A stretch of DNA of 59,310 bases from a bacterium (GTDB lineage Bacteria > Patescibacteriota > Minisyncoccia > UBA6257 > JAGOQP01). The position numbers were made by a program, and so were the translations under genes. This document shows positions 8,194-17,884 of the stretch, one piece after another; within the stretch, counting starts at the first letter, position 1, and each line of letters begins with the position of its first letter. The stretch is taken from NCBI GenBank assembly GCA_021812345.1, contig JAKANP010000004.1:1-59310 (forward strand). Direction: 5' to 3'. The notes beneath the pieces were generated by a model. The model searched no databases, was not told the origin of the DNA, and worked only from the letters and a program-made list of their open reading frames with translations.

Positions 8194-11100
8194 TTGAAAT
8201 TATCACTTTCCAAAAATCAAGCGTTCACACTAGTTGAACTCATTGTAGTCATCGGTGTAATTTCTGTTTTATCTGCGGCAACTTTAATTTATTTAAATCC
8301 GGTTCAATATCTTAAGCAGTCAAGAGATTCTGTGAGGTCTCAGGATTTAACCACTTTAAATAACGATATTAATTTTGGTGAATCTCAGGGTATAGTCACT
8401 TATCCCAATACTACTTCTACGCTTTATGTTTCCTTGGTTGACCCGGGTTCATCTTCCTGCGCTGATTTGGGACTTCCGGCATTAAGCGGTGGTTGGCAAT
8501 ATCATTGTGTAACCAGCACCGATAGTTTGGACAAAACAGACGGCACCGGATGGTTGCCCATAAATCTTTCCAATATTATGGGAAGTTTTTATTTAACCAA
8601 TCTTCCGATCGATCCGATAAACACCACTTCTTCTTGTGAATACACAATGTTTGCTTATCAGGATTCTCAAAATTGGGAACTGGCGACAAGATTTGAATCG
8701 GATAAATTTATCGCTTCATTTCCGGCAAGTGACGGGGGAGCGAGTGATATTTTGTATGAAAAAGGAAAGAATATAACAATAATGCCTTCTTTTACCTGCA
8801 CCCCAACAAGTGGTGGGGGCGGAGTGATTAATCCAACCGTAACTATATCGCCAACTAATTCAACTGTTCAGCCTTATAGCGGACCATCAATACCGGCAGA
8901 TGGCGGGTCTGGAGGTACAATTTATTTCACAATAAGAGATACAAGCAACAACCCTGTTTCCGGAGCAACAATTACCTGCTCTGCCAGTCCTTCTACCGGA
9001 GCTTCGTTTAATTATTACGGACCAAATAGCCCAGCTTCCGGAACTACCGATGCGAGTGGAAATGGATGGTGCTCTGTTTCTTCAACTGCCGTTGAAACAA
9101 AAACAGTTTCCGTTACTGCTCAACTTGGCTCCGATACGCCTGTTACTTTAAGCCAAACAGCCGATGTTCCTTTTATTGATCCTGCTGTTGTTGCAAATTC
9201 AAATTTAAATTTTCCAAATGGAACTTCTGCGCCGGCGGATGGCGTCACTCTTATTAATGCCGTTCTTACGGCAAACAATTCCAATAATCAACCTGTTCCC
9301 AATGTCAGAACTTTTTGCAATATTAGTGGTTTAAACGGAGCAACATTAACCGGAGTTACGGTTATCGGCGATGGGGCGTTTACTGATTCAAACGGTCAAG
9401 TAACTTGCGGTTTTGCTTCAACTCAAGTTGGTAGCTATTCTGTTTCAATTACGATGGGTAATGATACTATGGGACCGCAAACAATTTCGTTTACTAATTT
9501 TGCGGGCGTAACAATTTCCCCATCACTTTCAACGGTTTATGTTTATGACGCACAAAGAAGCTTGCCGATAAATGGAGCTACCGGTCAGGTTTATATTCAT
9601 ATAATTGATACTACCGGAGCAAATGTTCCGAGCGCCGAAGTTCAGGTAATAACCGACAGACCGAATTATGATGTGATAACTCAGCCCAACGGCGTAACTG
9701 ATTCCGGAGGTGGAGCTGTTGGAAATTTTAGTTCTACGGTAGTTGGCACAAGCACTATTTCGGTTCAGGCTAGGCTCGGATCTGGAGGTTCTTGGGTTTT
9801 GTTGAGTCAAACAGTGGCAATATCGTTTACTAATGGAGTTGACCACACGACATTGACTTATTCTCCATCAAATTTGCAAGCTCCGGCTGATGGAATTTCG
9901 GTTATTAAATTTACGTTAACTGCTTACGATGTAAATAATGTTCCGGTTCCGAATGCGGCTATGGATTGCGGAGCCAATCCAAATAATGGAGAGATTCAAG
10001 TTTTTGGTGCCGGCGGATCCACGGACGCTAATGGCCAGATAACTTGTATGTTTGCGTCAACCGTTCCCGAAACAAGCCAATTTTATTTTATCAATTCATC
10101 CAACGTTACCGTTCAATCTAAAAATATGACTTTTGTTGCCGTATCCGGAAATGTAACGAGCACATTTGTTATTAACAAATCTCAAGCTTTGCCGGATGGT
10201 AGTGACAGCATAACCGGAACGATGACTATGGTTGACAGTAATGGAGTCCCTCAATCAGGGGTGCAATTTGAGTGTAAGATTGGAACAAGCGCGAATGCAT
10301 GGACTAATTATCCGAATGGAAATTTTACCGACGCAAACGGACAAGCGGTTTGCTCGGTCCAGGATTCGGTTGAAGAAACTTTTAATTTTTCAGCATGGAC
10401 AGCTCCATCGAATAGAGATTTTCAAGTTCAGGTTGGCCCCAGCAGGAGCGTGACATTTACAAATTCTCCAACAACCGGAGTGGTTTCTTCTGCGGCGTCG
10501 TCCGTTACCGTCTCGCCGACATCACTTCAAGCTAATGGCTCCAGTTTGGCAACTGTTACTGTTATTCTTAAAGACGATTCCGGGAATCCGATTTCGGGAG
10601 TTGTTCCAGATGTGTCAGTTAGTGGAAGCGGAAATACAGTAACTCTTTCTCCTCAAGCGACAGATGCCAACGGCTCTTCTACGATGCAATTTAATTCAAA
10701 CGTTGCGGAAACAAAAACTATAACAACTATTGCCAGTGGGGTTACTCTTAGTGATCAACCGACGGTCATATTTACTTCCGTTTCCAATCCGTCGCTGTCA
10801 GCTTCAAATTCAACTGTTACTGTAGATAAAACTTCAGCAGTAGCTGACGGTGTTGATGCGATTACGGCGACAATTACACTCAAAGATAGTTTAAATAATC
10901 CTATTTCCGGAGTTCAATCAACTTGTAACGTAACGGGGAGCAATAATGCGGTTTCAACGCCAAATCTGACAGATTCCAATGGGCAGGCCGTCTGCGTAAT
11001 AACTTCAACCAATCCCGAAAGTAAAACAATTTCGGTTGATGCCGGGAGCAATGCGACTTTGCTTAGCGACAGTTTCGAAACCAATCCTTTGACCGGATGG

Positions 11101-13362
11101 ACCAGTGCGTCTGTTAACGGATCTAGCGCTAATTGGACTCAAACCGATAGAACTGATTTTGGCGGTCCTCAGCAAGGAACTTATATGATGGATTTTAATT
11201 CGTATTATGCTAATTCGGGAGATTCTGCTCGATTATACGCGAGTTCCGGATTTGCTTTTCCGGATGCTTACACGCCGATTAATGTTTCTTTCTGGATGTA
11301 TCATGAAACAAGTTGGGATACTGCCAGAGATAGCGTCCAGGTTCAAGTTTCTACTGACGGAGGAACTACTTGGCAGAATGTGGGTTCTCCGGTTTATCGT
11401 TATGATGGAACAACTCAGTGGACTGAACATACGGTTAGCCTTACCGGAATTTCCGGTTCGACCAGTAATGTTTTGATTGGATTTTTGGGAACAGCCGATT
11501 ATGGAAATGATGAGTTTATAGATAATGTTCAAGTGGTGGCGTCTCCAGTCACTCTAAATAATCAGCCGGTTGTAGGTTTTATTTCCACCGTGTCTGTGTC
11601 GGCCATCAATTCAACCGTCACTGTAGATAAAACTTCAGCATCGGCCGACGGTGTTGATGCTATCACCGCAACAATAACTCTTTTAGATGATTCCAGCACT
11701 CCAATTTCAGGAGTTCAGTCGACTTGTAATGTTACGGGAAGCAATAATACGGTTTCAACTCCGAACCTAACCGATTCAAACGGTCAAACCGTTTGTGTAA
11801 TAACTTCAACAACGGCTGAAGATAAAACAATAACAGTAACTGCCAGCGGAACGACGCTAAATCAGTCTCAAGTGGTTACGTTTGCCAATGCTCCGATTAT
11901 CACCGCCGGTCCTAATGCGACGACTACTCAAACGACGGCGACTATTACTTGGTCAACGGATCAACTTTCCGATTCCCAGGTTAATTACGGTACTGCTACT
12001 TCCAGTTATTCTAATTCATCGTCACTGGATTCCAATTTGGTTAATAATCACTCGGTTACTATTTCCGGTCTCACTCCATACACCACCTATCATTTTCAGG
12101 TCGTCTCAAAAGATTCGTTGGGATTACAATTATTATCAGGCGATTATTCGTTCACTACAAATTATTGGGGAGTAGTAATAAACAATTCCTATAATCCGGA
12201 GGCTATTTCAGTTAGTCAATCATCGGATGGGTCATACGCAATTCTCGGAAAAAATGCTTATTCGTCTTTGCTTGGTTCTATGGTATCAAGTACCGTTTTT
12301 AAATTGACGCCCGGCGGAATCCTAGATACCAGTTTTGGCACCGGAGGGTTTACTAATCTGAATTATGATCCGTCATATATAAAACAACTTTCGGATGGAA
12401 GTTATGTTATTGGCGGTAGATATAGTTGGCCCATGACAGTTGATAAATATCCCGCAACCGGAATTATAAAAATAAATTCAAATGGTTCATTGGATTCCAG
12501 TTTTGGTAATGGCGGCTATTCGCAATCGCTTAGGGCAGGCACTGGTTATTATCCTGATGGACAAGTAGAACAAACTTCAGATGGCGGATATATTATTGCA
12601 GTGGGTTATGCTGATAAAATATTATCAAACGGATCTAGTGACCAATCATTTGGTGTTAATGGTAGTTCTACTATATTTTGTAATGGAGATTTAGGTATTT
12701 TGTCCGCCCAAACTCCTCGTTGCGCAGGGCGCATGCCTAATGACGTATACCAACTTTCGGGAGGGGGATATATATATGTTGGAAATCAGAACTTGAGCTC
12801 TGTTCCGGGATACCCGAGTGGTGATAGAATTATGATTGCAAGAGTCCTTTCAGATGGAAAAACTCTTGACACATCATTTGGTATCAACGGATCATCAACT
12901 GACCTATTACCTAGCCAAGTTGGGTCGGATGACGCTGGGTCTTCTGTTCAATCGTCAGATGGTGGATATGTCATAGCGGGTTATGACAGTAATTATAATA
13001 TATTTTTAATCAAGTTTACTTCTGGTGGCCAATTGGATACGAGTTTTGGTATCAATGCCAGTACAACTCATATGAGTGCCGGTACTGCAAAGTCATTTGT
13101 AAGAAATACGTCTGATGGCGGATATTTGCTTTTCGCTGGCGATGGCCATGTCTATAAATATAATTCTAACGGTTCACTCGATGTCTCGTTTGGAAATAAT
13201 GGGCTTGATGATTTGGGCAACACGCAGGGTAGTTTGTTTGCGCATGTAGATGATGTAAGACAAACACTTGATGGCGGATATATTGCCGTAGGGGGAGATA
13301 AATCATACACTCGTATGTATATATTAAAGTTGGATAATCATGGCAATCCTACAAATTTTTAG
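8194..13362 (+). CDS. Giant type IV pilin-like adhesin: prepilin N-terminus, invasin-type Ig (Big_1) repeats, jelly-roll insert, FN3, delta-60-type beta-propeller repeats
   Basis: 1722 aa; QA|FTLVE class III signal; about eight ADG...TD.NG repeats; FN3 (ATITWST...YHFQVVSKD); LD[TS]SFG repeats; TTG start. Confidence 0.9.
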   Translation: MKLSLSKNQAFTLVELIVVIGVISVLSAATLIYLNPVQYLKQSRDSVRSQDLTTLNNDINFGESQGIVTYPNTTSTLYVSLVDPGSSSCADLGLPALSGGWQYHCVTSTDSLDKTDGTGWLPINLSNIMGSFYLTNLPIDPINTTSSCEYTMFAYQDSQNWELATRFESDKFIASFPASDGGASDILYEKGKNITIMPSFTCTPTSGGGGVINPTVTISPTNSTVQPYSGPSIPADGGSGGTIYFTIRDTSNNPVSGATITCSASPSTGASFNYYGPNSPASGTTDASGNGWCSVSSTAVETKTVSVTAQLGSDTPVTLSQTADVPFIDPAVVANSNLNFPNGTSAPADGVTLINAVLTANNSNNQPVPNVRTFCNISGLNGATLTGVTVIGDGAFTDSNGQVTCGFASTQVGSYSVSITMGNDTMGPQTISFTNFAGVTISPSLSTVYVYDAQRSLPINGATGQVYIHIIDTTGANVPSAEVQVITDRPNYDVITQPNGVTDSGGGAVGNFSSTVVGTSTISVQARLGSGGSWVLLSQTVAISFTNGVDHTTLTYSPSNLQAPADGISVIKFTLTAYDVNNVPVPNAAMDCGANPNNGEIQVFGAGGSTDANGQITCMFASTVPETSQFYFINSSNVTVQSKNMTFVAVSGNVTSTFVINKSQALPDGSDSITGTMTMVDSNGVPQSGVQFECKIGTSANAWTNYPNGNFTDANGQAVCSVQDSVEETFNFSAWTAPSNRDFQVQVGPSRSVTFTNSPTTGVVSSAASSVTVSPTSLQANGSSLATVTVILKDDSGNPISGVVPDVSVSGSGNTVTLSPQATDANGSSTMQFNSNVAETKTITTIASGVTLSDQPTVIFTSVSNPSLSASNSTVTVDKTSAVADGVDAITATITLKDSLNNPISGVQSTCNVTGSNNAVSTPNLTDSNGQAVCVITSTNPESKTISVDAGSNATLLSDSFETNPLTGWTSASVNGSSANWTQTDRTDFGGPQQGTYMMDFNSYYANSGDSARLYASSGFAFPDAYTPINVSFWMYHETSWDTARDSVQVQVSTDGGTTWQNVGSPVYRYDGTTQWTEHTVSLTGISGSTSNVLIGFLGTADYGNDEFIDNVQVVASPVTLNNQPVVGFISTVSVSAINSTVTVDKTSASADGVDAITATITLLDDSSTPISGVQSTCNVTGSNNTVSTPNLTDSNGQTVCVITSTTAEDKTITVTASGTTLNQSQVVTFANAPIITAGPNATTTQTTATITWSTDQLSDSQVNYGTATSSYSNSSSLDSNLVNNHSVTISGLTPYTTYHFQVVSKDSLGLQLLSGDYSFTTNYWGVVINNSYNPEAISVSQSSDGSYAILGKNAYSSLLGSMVSSTVFKLTPGGILDTSFGTGGFTNLNYDPSYIKQLSDGSYVIGGRYSWPMTVDKYPATGIIKINSNGSLDSSFGNGGYSQSLRAGTGYYPDGQVEQTSDGGYIIAVGYADKILSNGSSDQSFGVNGSSTIFCNGDLGILSAQTPRCAGRMPNDVYQLSGGGYIYVGNQNLSSVPGYPSGDRIMIARVLSDGKTLDTSFGINGSSTDLLPSQVGSDDAGSSVQSSDGGYVIAGYDSNYNIFLIKFTSGGQLDTSFGINASTTHMSAGTAKSFVRNTSDGGYLLFAGDGHVYKYNSNGSLDVSFGNNGLDDLGNTQGSLFAHVDDVRQTLDGGYIAVGGDKSYTRMYILKLDNHGNPTNF
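10807..11810 (+). repeat. Near-duplicate Ig-domain coding repeats (10807-11009 and 11608-11810)
   Basis: NSTVTVDKTSA.ADGVDAITATITL.D....PISGVQSTCNVTGSNN.VSTPNLTDSNGQ.VCVITST occurs twice, 801 bp apart. Confidence 0.9.
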
Positions 13363-13428
13363 TTAAACACAACAGTTACTCCATTATTTAATTTCTAACT
13401 CAAGCAATTAAAGGGGTTTTTATATTAA

Positions 13429-13472
13429 AGAGGTTAATCCTCTGTGCAGGTTTAAATTCCGCTCTCTCTGCA
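13429..13472 (+). pseudogene. Decayed 3' half of a tRNA-Ser-like gene
   Basis: AGAGG-TTAAT-CCTCT (long variable arm), GCAGG-TTTAAAT-TCCGC (degenerate T arm), TCTCTCTG (Ser-type 3' acceptor strand); no 5' half. Confidence 0.5.
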
Positions 13473-13562
13473 AAATAAAATACCACCCTTGTGGCGGTTT
13501 TATTTTATAGCAGAAGGAAGTAATTTTGCTTTAATACTTAATTTTATTTATTTGCGATAAGG

Positions 13563-13595
13563 AAAAAAGAAAAGACGCCTCAGGAAGGCGTCTTT
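13563..13595 (-). terminator. Intrinsic terminator of a short minus-strand transcript
   Basis: AAAGACGCCT-N5-AGGCGTCTTT with T tract on the minus strand. Confidence 0.75.
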
Positions 13596-13814
13596 AGTGA
13601 GTGTGCTGGTATTGGGTAAAACCCAAAAAATAAAAAGTGCTTGATTGCTAGGAAAGCTCCCAGCGGGCGTGTGGTTGAGGCAAAGCCATATTTACCACGT
13701 ATTCATTATAGCACACTTTTTTATTTTGCTGTGGATAACTTTATTATTTTTTTTGCGGATGATTATAAGCCAGTTGCCAAGAGGTTATTTTTCTGTTATT
13801 CTTTGAATCAAATT

Positions 13815-15302
13815 ATGCCTTCTATTAAATCGCAAAACGCGGGGCAAAAACCGCTTAATAATCCAACCCAAAAACCCCGTCCGCCGATAGTGGTGGTAAT
13901 GGGGCACGTTGACCACGGCAAAACGACTCTTTTGGATTATATCCGCAAAACAAAAATTGCCGAAAGAGAAGCCGGCGGAATTACGCAATCAATCGGCGCT
14001 TATGAGATAGAAAAAAATGGTCAGAAAATAACTTTTATTGATACGCCGGGTCACGAAGCTTTTATGAAAATGCGTCAGCGCGGAGCTCACATTGCCGATA
14101 TTGGAATCTTGGTTATTGCCGCCGATGACGGAGTTAAACCTCAGACCGAAGAGTCTATTGATATTTTGCAGAATTCAAAAACTCCTTTTATTGTCGCGAT
14201 AAATAAAGTTGATAAAAATAACGCCGATATCGAAAAAACAAAAAATGATTTGCTAAAGCACGGAGTTTTTTTGGAAGGATTTGGAGGAAATGTTTCCTGG
14301 CAGGCGATTTCGGCAAAGCAAGGCGAGGGCGTGGATGAACTTTTAGATTTGGTTTTATTGATGTGGCAATTGGAAAATCCGACTTATAATCCGGAAGGCG
14401 TAGCCAAAGGATTTGTAATTGAAGCGGAGCTTGATAGTAGGAGGGGTATTTTAGCGTCAGTTATTGTGGTTGATGGAGTGTTAAAGTTCGGAGATGACAT
14501 CGCCACTCCCACTGCTTTTGGAAAAGTTAAAGTTTTGGAAAACTTTTTGGGAAAAAGAGTTGATGAACTTCATCCATCAAGTCCGGCATTAGTTGTTGGT
14601 TTTGAATCGTTGCCTTCAATAGGTCAGTCTTTCACTGCCGGAAAATTGGAATTGGAAACGGCTCCAAACTCTCAAATTGAAGAAAAGAAGAAAAATCCCA
14701 TTATCCAAAAAGAAGTCAACGACAATATGATAAATGTGATTATTAAGGCTGATGTATCCGGTTCGCTTGAGGCGCTTTTGCAGATTATCGGTAGCTTGGA
14801 TATTGACGGCAAAAAATTTAAAATTGTTTCAGAAAGTATCGGAGAGATAAATGACAGCGATGTAAAACTTGCATCAACTGCCAACGCGTTAATTGTCGGA
14901 TTTAATACGAGGATTGTTAAGTCGGCCGACAATCTGGCAAGAGGGCAAAATGTAAAAATTGTTTCTTCCGATATTATTTACAGATTAATTGAGTCGTTGG
15001 AAAAAATTGTCAAAGGTGAAAGCGATTCTCAGGGCGAGCCGACGATGGAAGTTCTGGCGCTTTTTAGTCAAAAAAATAAAAAGCAGCTTATTGGAGGAAA
15101 GATTATTTCCGGAATTTTTACATTAAATCAAAAAATAAATATCAAAAGAAACGGGCAGTCGCTTGGTTTCGGAAGAATTGAAAGTTTAAGACAGGGGAAG
15201 TCCGTAGTTAAAAAAGTTTCCGAAGGGGAATTTGGGATTATGATAGAATCACCTACAATGGCTCAAGTTGGCGATTTGATTTCAATTGAATACGCCAAAT
15301 AA
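13815..15302 (+). CDS. infB: Translation initiation factor IF-2 (short form)
   Basis: RPPIVVVMGHVDHGKTTLLD, DTPGHEAF, NKVD; start moved to ATG 13815. Confidence 0.97.
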   Translation: MPSIKSQNAGQKPLNNPTQKPRPPIVVVMGHVDHGKTTLLDYIRKTKIAEREAGGITQSIGAYEIEKNGQKITFIDTPGHEAFMKMRQRGAHIADIGILVIAADDGVKPQTEESIDILQNSKTPFIVAINKVDKNNADIEKTKNDLLKHGVFLEGFGGNVSWQAISAKQGEGVDELLDLVLLMWQLENPTYNPEGVAKGFVIEAELDSRRGILASVIVVDGVLKFGDDIATPTAFGKVKVLENFLGKRVDELHPSSPALVVGFESLPSIGQSFTAGKLELETAPNSQIEEKKKNPIIQKEVNDNMINVIIKADVSGSLEALLQIIGSLDIDGKKFKIVSESIGEINDSDVKLASTANALIVGFNTRIVKSADNLARGQNVKIVSSDIIYRLIESLEKIVKGESDSQGEPTMEVLALFSQKNKKQLIGGKIISGIFTLNQKINIKRNGQSLGFGRIESLRQGKSVVKKVSEGEFGIMIESPTMAQVGDLISIEYAK

Positions 15303-15341
15303 TTTTTGTCATATAAATAAAATTATTTAATTTATTTTAAA

Positions 15342-15617
15342 ATGTCTCTTTATAGAAAACCTCGTTTAGAAAGTTTAATTCAGGAATTGATTTCAAAACA
15401 GATTGAAAAAACGATTGAAATGAATAATGTTTTGGTGACTGTTATGAGTGTGGACGTGGATGAGGGACACGATAAAACTATAGTCAATATCTCTGTTTTT
15501 CCCGACGATAAGAAAAAAGATGTCTTGATAAAATTAAGCAGTCAGGCGTCGGCGCTTGCTTGGTTTCTTTTAAAAAAAATAAGAATAAAAAAAATTCCGG
15601 AATTAATATTTAAATAG
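15342..15617 (+). CDS. rbfA: Ribosome-binding factor A
   Basis: Follows infB; R...L...I...IS...VTV..V and IPELIF pattern. Confidence 0.85.
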   Translation: MSLYRKPRLESLIQELISKQIEKTIEMNNVLVTVMSVDVDEGHDKTIVNISVFPDDKKKDVLIKLSSQASALAWFLLKKIRIKKIPELIFK

Positions 15618-15679
15618 AGCAAAATTGGACATTGGGTTCAAATTGCTGTTAAAATTAAAATAACGGTTTTAAAAGTTTG

Positions 15680-15751
15680 GGCGCGGTAGCCAAGTGGTAA
15701 GGCGAGGGTCTGCAAAACCCTTATGCGCGGGTTCAATTCCCGCCCGCGCCT
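15680..15751 (+). tRNA. tRNA-Cys(GCA)
   Basis: GGCGCGG/CCGCGCC acceptor stem, AGGG-TCTGCAAAA-CCCT anticodon arm, GGTTCAATTCC T arm, U73. Confidence 0.95.
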
Positions 15752-15757
15752 CCGAAT

Positions 15758-15840
15758 GCTCGGGTGGCGGAATGGTATACGCGAAGGACTTAAAATCCTT
15801 TGATCGCAAGGTCGTGTGGGTTCGAGTCCCACCCCGAGCA
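15758..15840 (+). tRNA. tRNA-Leu(TAA)
   Basis: GCTCGGG/CCCGAGC acceptor stem, AAGGA-CTTAAAA-TCCTT anticodon arm, long variable arm, GGTTCGAGTCC. Confidence 0.95.
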
Positions 15841-16037
15841 CAATAAATAAAATCAAATTATTTCGGATTGATTTTATTTATATTGTGATTGGGTAAGGGA
15901 ATCGAATAGGGAGGGGGCGGGAGGCGCTTAGTCTCCCGTATAGGAAATTATTCAAAACCGATGGTTTTGAAAGAGTCCCGAGTTTGTCGAGGGACGACGT
16001 GAGAGTCCCCCCGAGCACAATAAATAAAATCAAATTA
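15841..16037 (+). mobile_element. tRNA-Leu 3'-anchored fold-back mini-element (putative)
   Basis: 29-nt exact direct repeat (15832-15860 and 16009-16037), imperfect inverted copy of the tRNA 3' end at 15867-15906, core motifs shared with the tRNA-Glu element. Confidence 0.6.
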
Positions 16038-16052
16038 AAATAAATATAAATT

Positions 16053-16325
16053 ATGGGAAATTTTTGGATGTATGTTATATATTTTGGGACCGGAGTTCTT
16101 CAAGATATCGCAATAGCTCTTTATTATCGTTTTGTTGCCGATAAAAAAGCGGGGCTTTCGGCGACACTTTCTTCTATCACCACTTTAATCAATTTGACTA
16201 TTCTTTATGGAATATTAACTAATCTTACTCCGGATTCGGGAGTTTGGTTGATTATCACCTATGCTCTTGGAAATGGCGTTGGAGCTTATCTGGCTGTTAA
16301 ATTTTCAAAAGTTTTTGGAAAATAA
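16053..16325 (+). CDS. Small 3-TM membrane protein (DUF5698/UPF0316-like)
   Basis: 90 aa hydrophobic ORF; YALGNGVGAYL motif. Confidence 0.7.
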   Translation: MGNFWMYVIYFGTGVLQDIAIALYYRFVADKKAGLSATLSSITTLINLTILYGILTNLTPDSGVWLIITYALGNGVGAYLAVKFSKVFGK

Positions 16326-16359
16326 ATTATTAGTTTTGAAAAATAGAAACAATTTTTTT

Positions 16360-16508
16360 TATTCCCCCTTTCCTAAAGGAGGTGGCCTGAACTTTGTCGA
16401 AGAGACTTGTCCTGAGCGGAGTCGAAGGACGGAGGATTTGTTGTTAGGGAGAGAATAAATCCCTCCCCATCCTACGGACGGTGCTCCCTTTAGAAAAGTG
16501 AGAATAAA
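16360..16508. repeat. Cluster of REP-like palindromic repeats
   Basis: TCCCCCTTTCCTAAAGGAGG, CCTGAACTTTGTCGAAG, GTCCTGAGCGGAGTCGAAGGAC, GGAGGATTT...AAATCCCTCC and CTCCCTTTAGAAAAGTGAG. Confidence 0.7.
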
Positions 16509-16609
16509 ATTTTTAAAAATGTCTTTTTTGACAGAGATTTTTTATGCTTGATTGATAAATCTTTTTTGGTATTCTTTATTCCAGAACATTAACACGCAAG
16601 GAGGAAAAA

Positions 16610-17410
16610 ATGAGATCCGTAGAGCCAAAGGTTTTTTTGATAGGAGAAACTCGGGTTATTGAATCGGAACTTTCCGAATATCTTAAACATATTAATGCTG
16701 GCGATTGGACTTCAAATGCGCCCACCGATTCTGAAAAATTGGTTGAATTTTATGGTCGTCTTTGCTATCGCAGTTTTAAGCCAAAAATGAATCCTAATGT
16801 CAGTAAAATCAGAAACAGCAACGATCAATATCTGGCGAATCTTGAAAAAACTCATCATGGTTCGGTGTTGGAGCATGTCAACTTCAATTTTGTTTTTGCC
16901 GATGTATCCAGAGTTTTTACTCATGAGCTTGTTCGCCATCGGGCGGGGGTTGCTATTTCTCAAGAAAGTTTGCGTTATGTGAGATTGGATGATTTGGGTC
17001 AATGGTTGCCGACTGTTGTCCGCGAAGATGAAAGGGCGATGACTGTTTTTGTCAACACATTCAAAGAACTCGAATTACTTCAAAAAGAATTGGCAATATT
17101 GTATGAATTGGATAAAGTTGACGAGTCGGGCAAAGAAAAGAATTTTGAATTCAAAAAGAAAATTACTTCGGCCATGCGGAGAATTGCTCCCATAGGTCTT
17201 GCCACAACTATCGGCTGGTCGGCAAATGCCAGAGCTCTAAGATGGGTTCTTGAGATGAGAACCGACCCAAGCGCCGAAGAGGAAATTCGTTTTGTCTTCG
17301 GAAAAGTCGGAGAAATAGTTTGCAAGAGATATTCCAATCTTTTTGGTGATTTTGAATCAAAGATTGTTGACGGACTTCCTTGTTATAAGCCAATTAACAG
17401 TAAAGTTTAA
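16610..17410 (+). CDS. thyX: FAD-dependent thymidylate synthase ThyX
   Basis: HGSVLEH and SRVFTHELVRHR...SQESLRYV motifs; SD AGGAGG. Confidence 0.97.
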   Translation: MRSVEPKVFLIGETRVIESELSEYLKHINAGDWTSNAPTDSEKLVEFYGRLCYRSFKPKMNPNVSKIRNSNDQYLANLEKTHHGSVLEHVNFNFVFADVSRVFTHELVRHRAGVAISQESLRYVRLDDLGQWLPTVVREDERAMTVFVNTFKELELLQKELAILYELDKVDESGKEKNFEFKKKITSAMRRIAPIGLATTIGWSANARALRWVLEMRTDPSAEEEIRFVFGKVGEIVCKRYSNLFGDFESKIVDGLPCYKPINSKV

Positions 17411-17511
17411 TAACTTAAAACTATCCGCCAAAGCAATCGGCGGATTTTATTTTCTTGATTTTTTTGTTTTTTAATAATATATTTTTGACGGCACAAAAAA
17501 GGGGGATAAAA

Positions 17512-17829
17512 ATGCCTTCTGAAAATGAAAAGAAGATTTTTACCAAAGAGTATTTCGATAAATTTGAAGAACCTGCCAGGCAGATTCTGAAAATTGCCCA
17601 TCAAGCAATGGAAAATAAACAAGCTCCAAATTTTATTGAGATTGGAAGGATTGAAAAGCTAATGAAAATGTCAGCGATACTTTTGGAAGATATGGGACTT
17701 ATTCGCAGAGCGTTGGAATCTATTGAAGTTTATTTTTTGACCGAAAAGGGCGAAGAATTTTACAAGAAATGGCTCGATTCAAAGACTGCCGGAGTTCAAA
17801 AAAAACTTTTTCCCGATAATGGATGCTAG
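17512..17829 (+). CDS. Hypothetical protein with a winged-helix-like C-terminus
   Basis: ATG 17512 after AAGGGGG; LEDMGLI...YFLTEKGEEF pattern; terminator at 17843-17865. Confidence 0.65.
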   Translation: MPSENEKKIFTKEYFDKFEEPARQILKIAHQAMENKQAPNFIEIGRIEKLMKMSAILLEDMGLIRRALESIEVYFLTEKGEEFYKKWLDSKTAGVQKKLFPDNGC

Positions 17830-17884
17830 TTGTTATTTTAATAAGCCGCCATCAAAGCGGCTTTTGTTTTGTAATAAGAAAAAA

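Noticed and set aside
13641..13814. N-terminal extension of IF-2 in the ORF track
   Set aside because: TTG start in regulatory DNA with no IF-2-like sequence; ATG 13815 is more plausible
15638..15856. 72-aa minus-strand ORF
   Set aside because: Antisense reading of tRNA-Cys and tRNA-Leu
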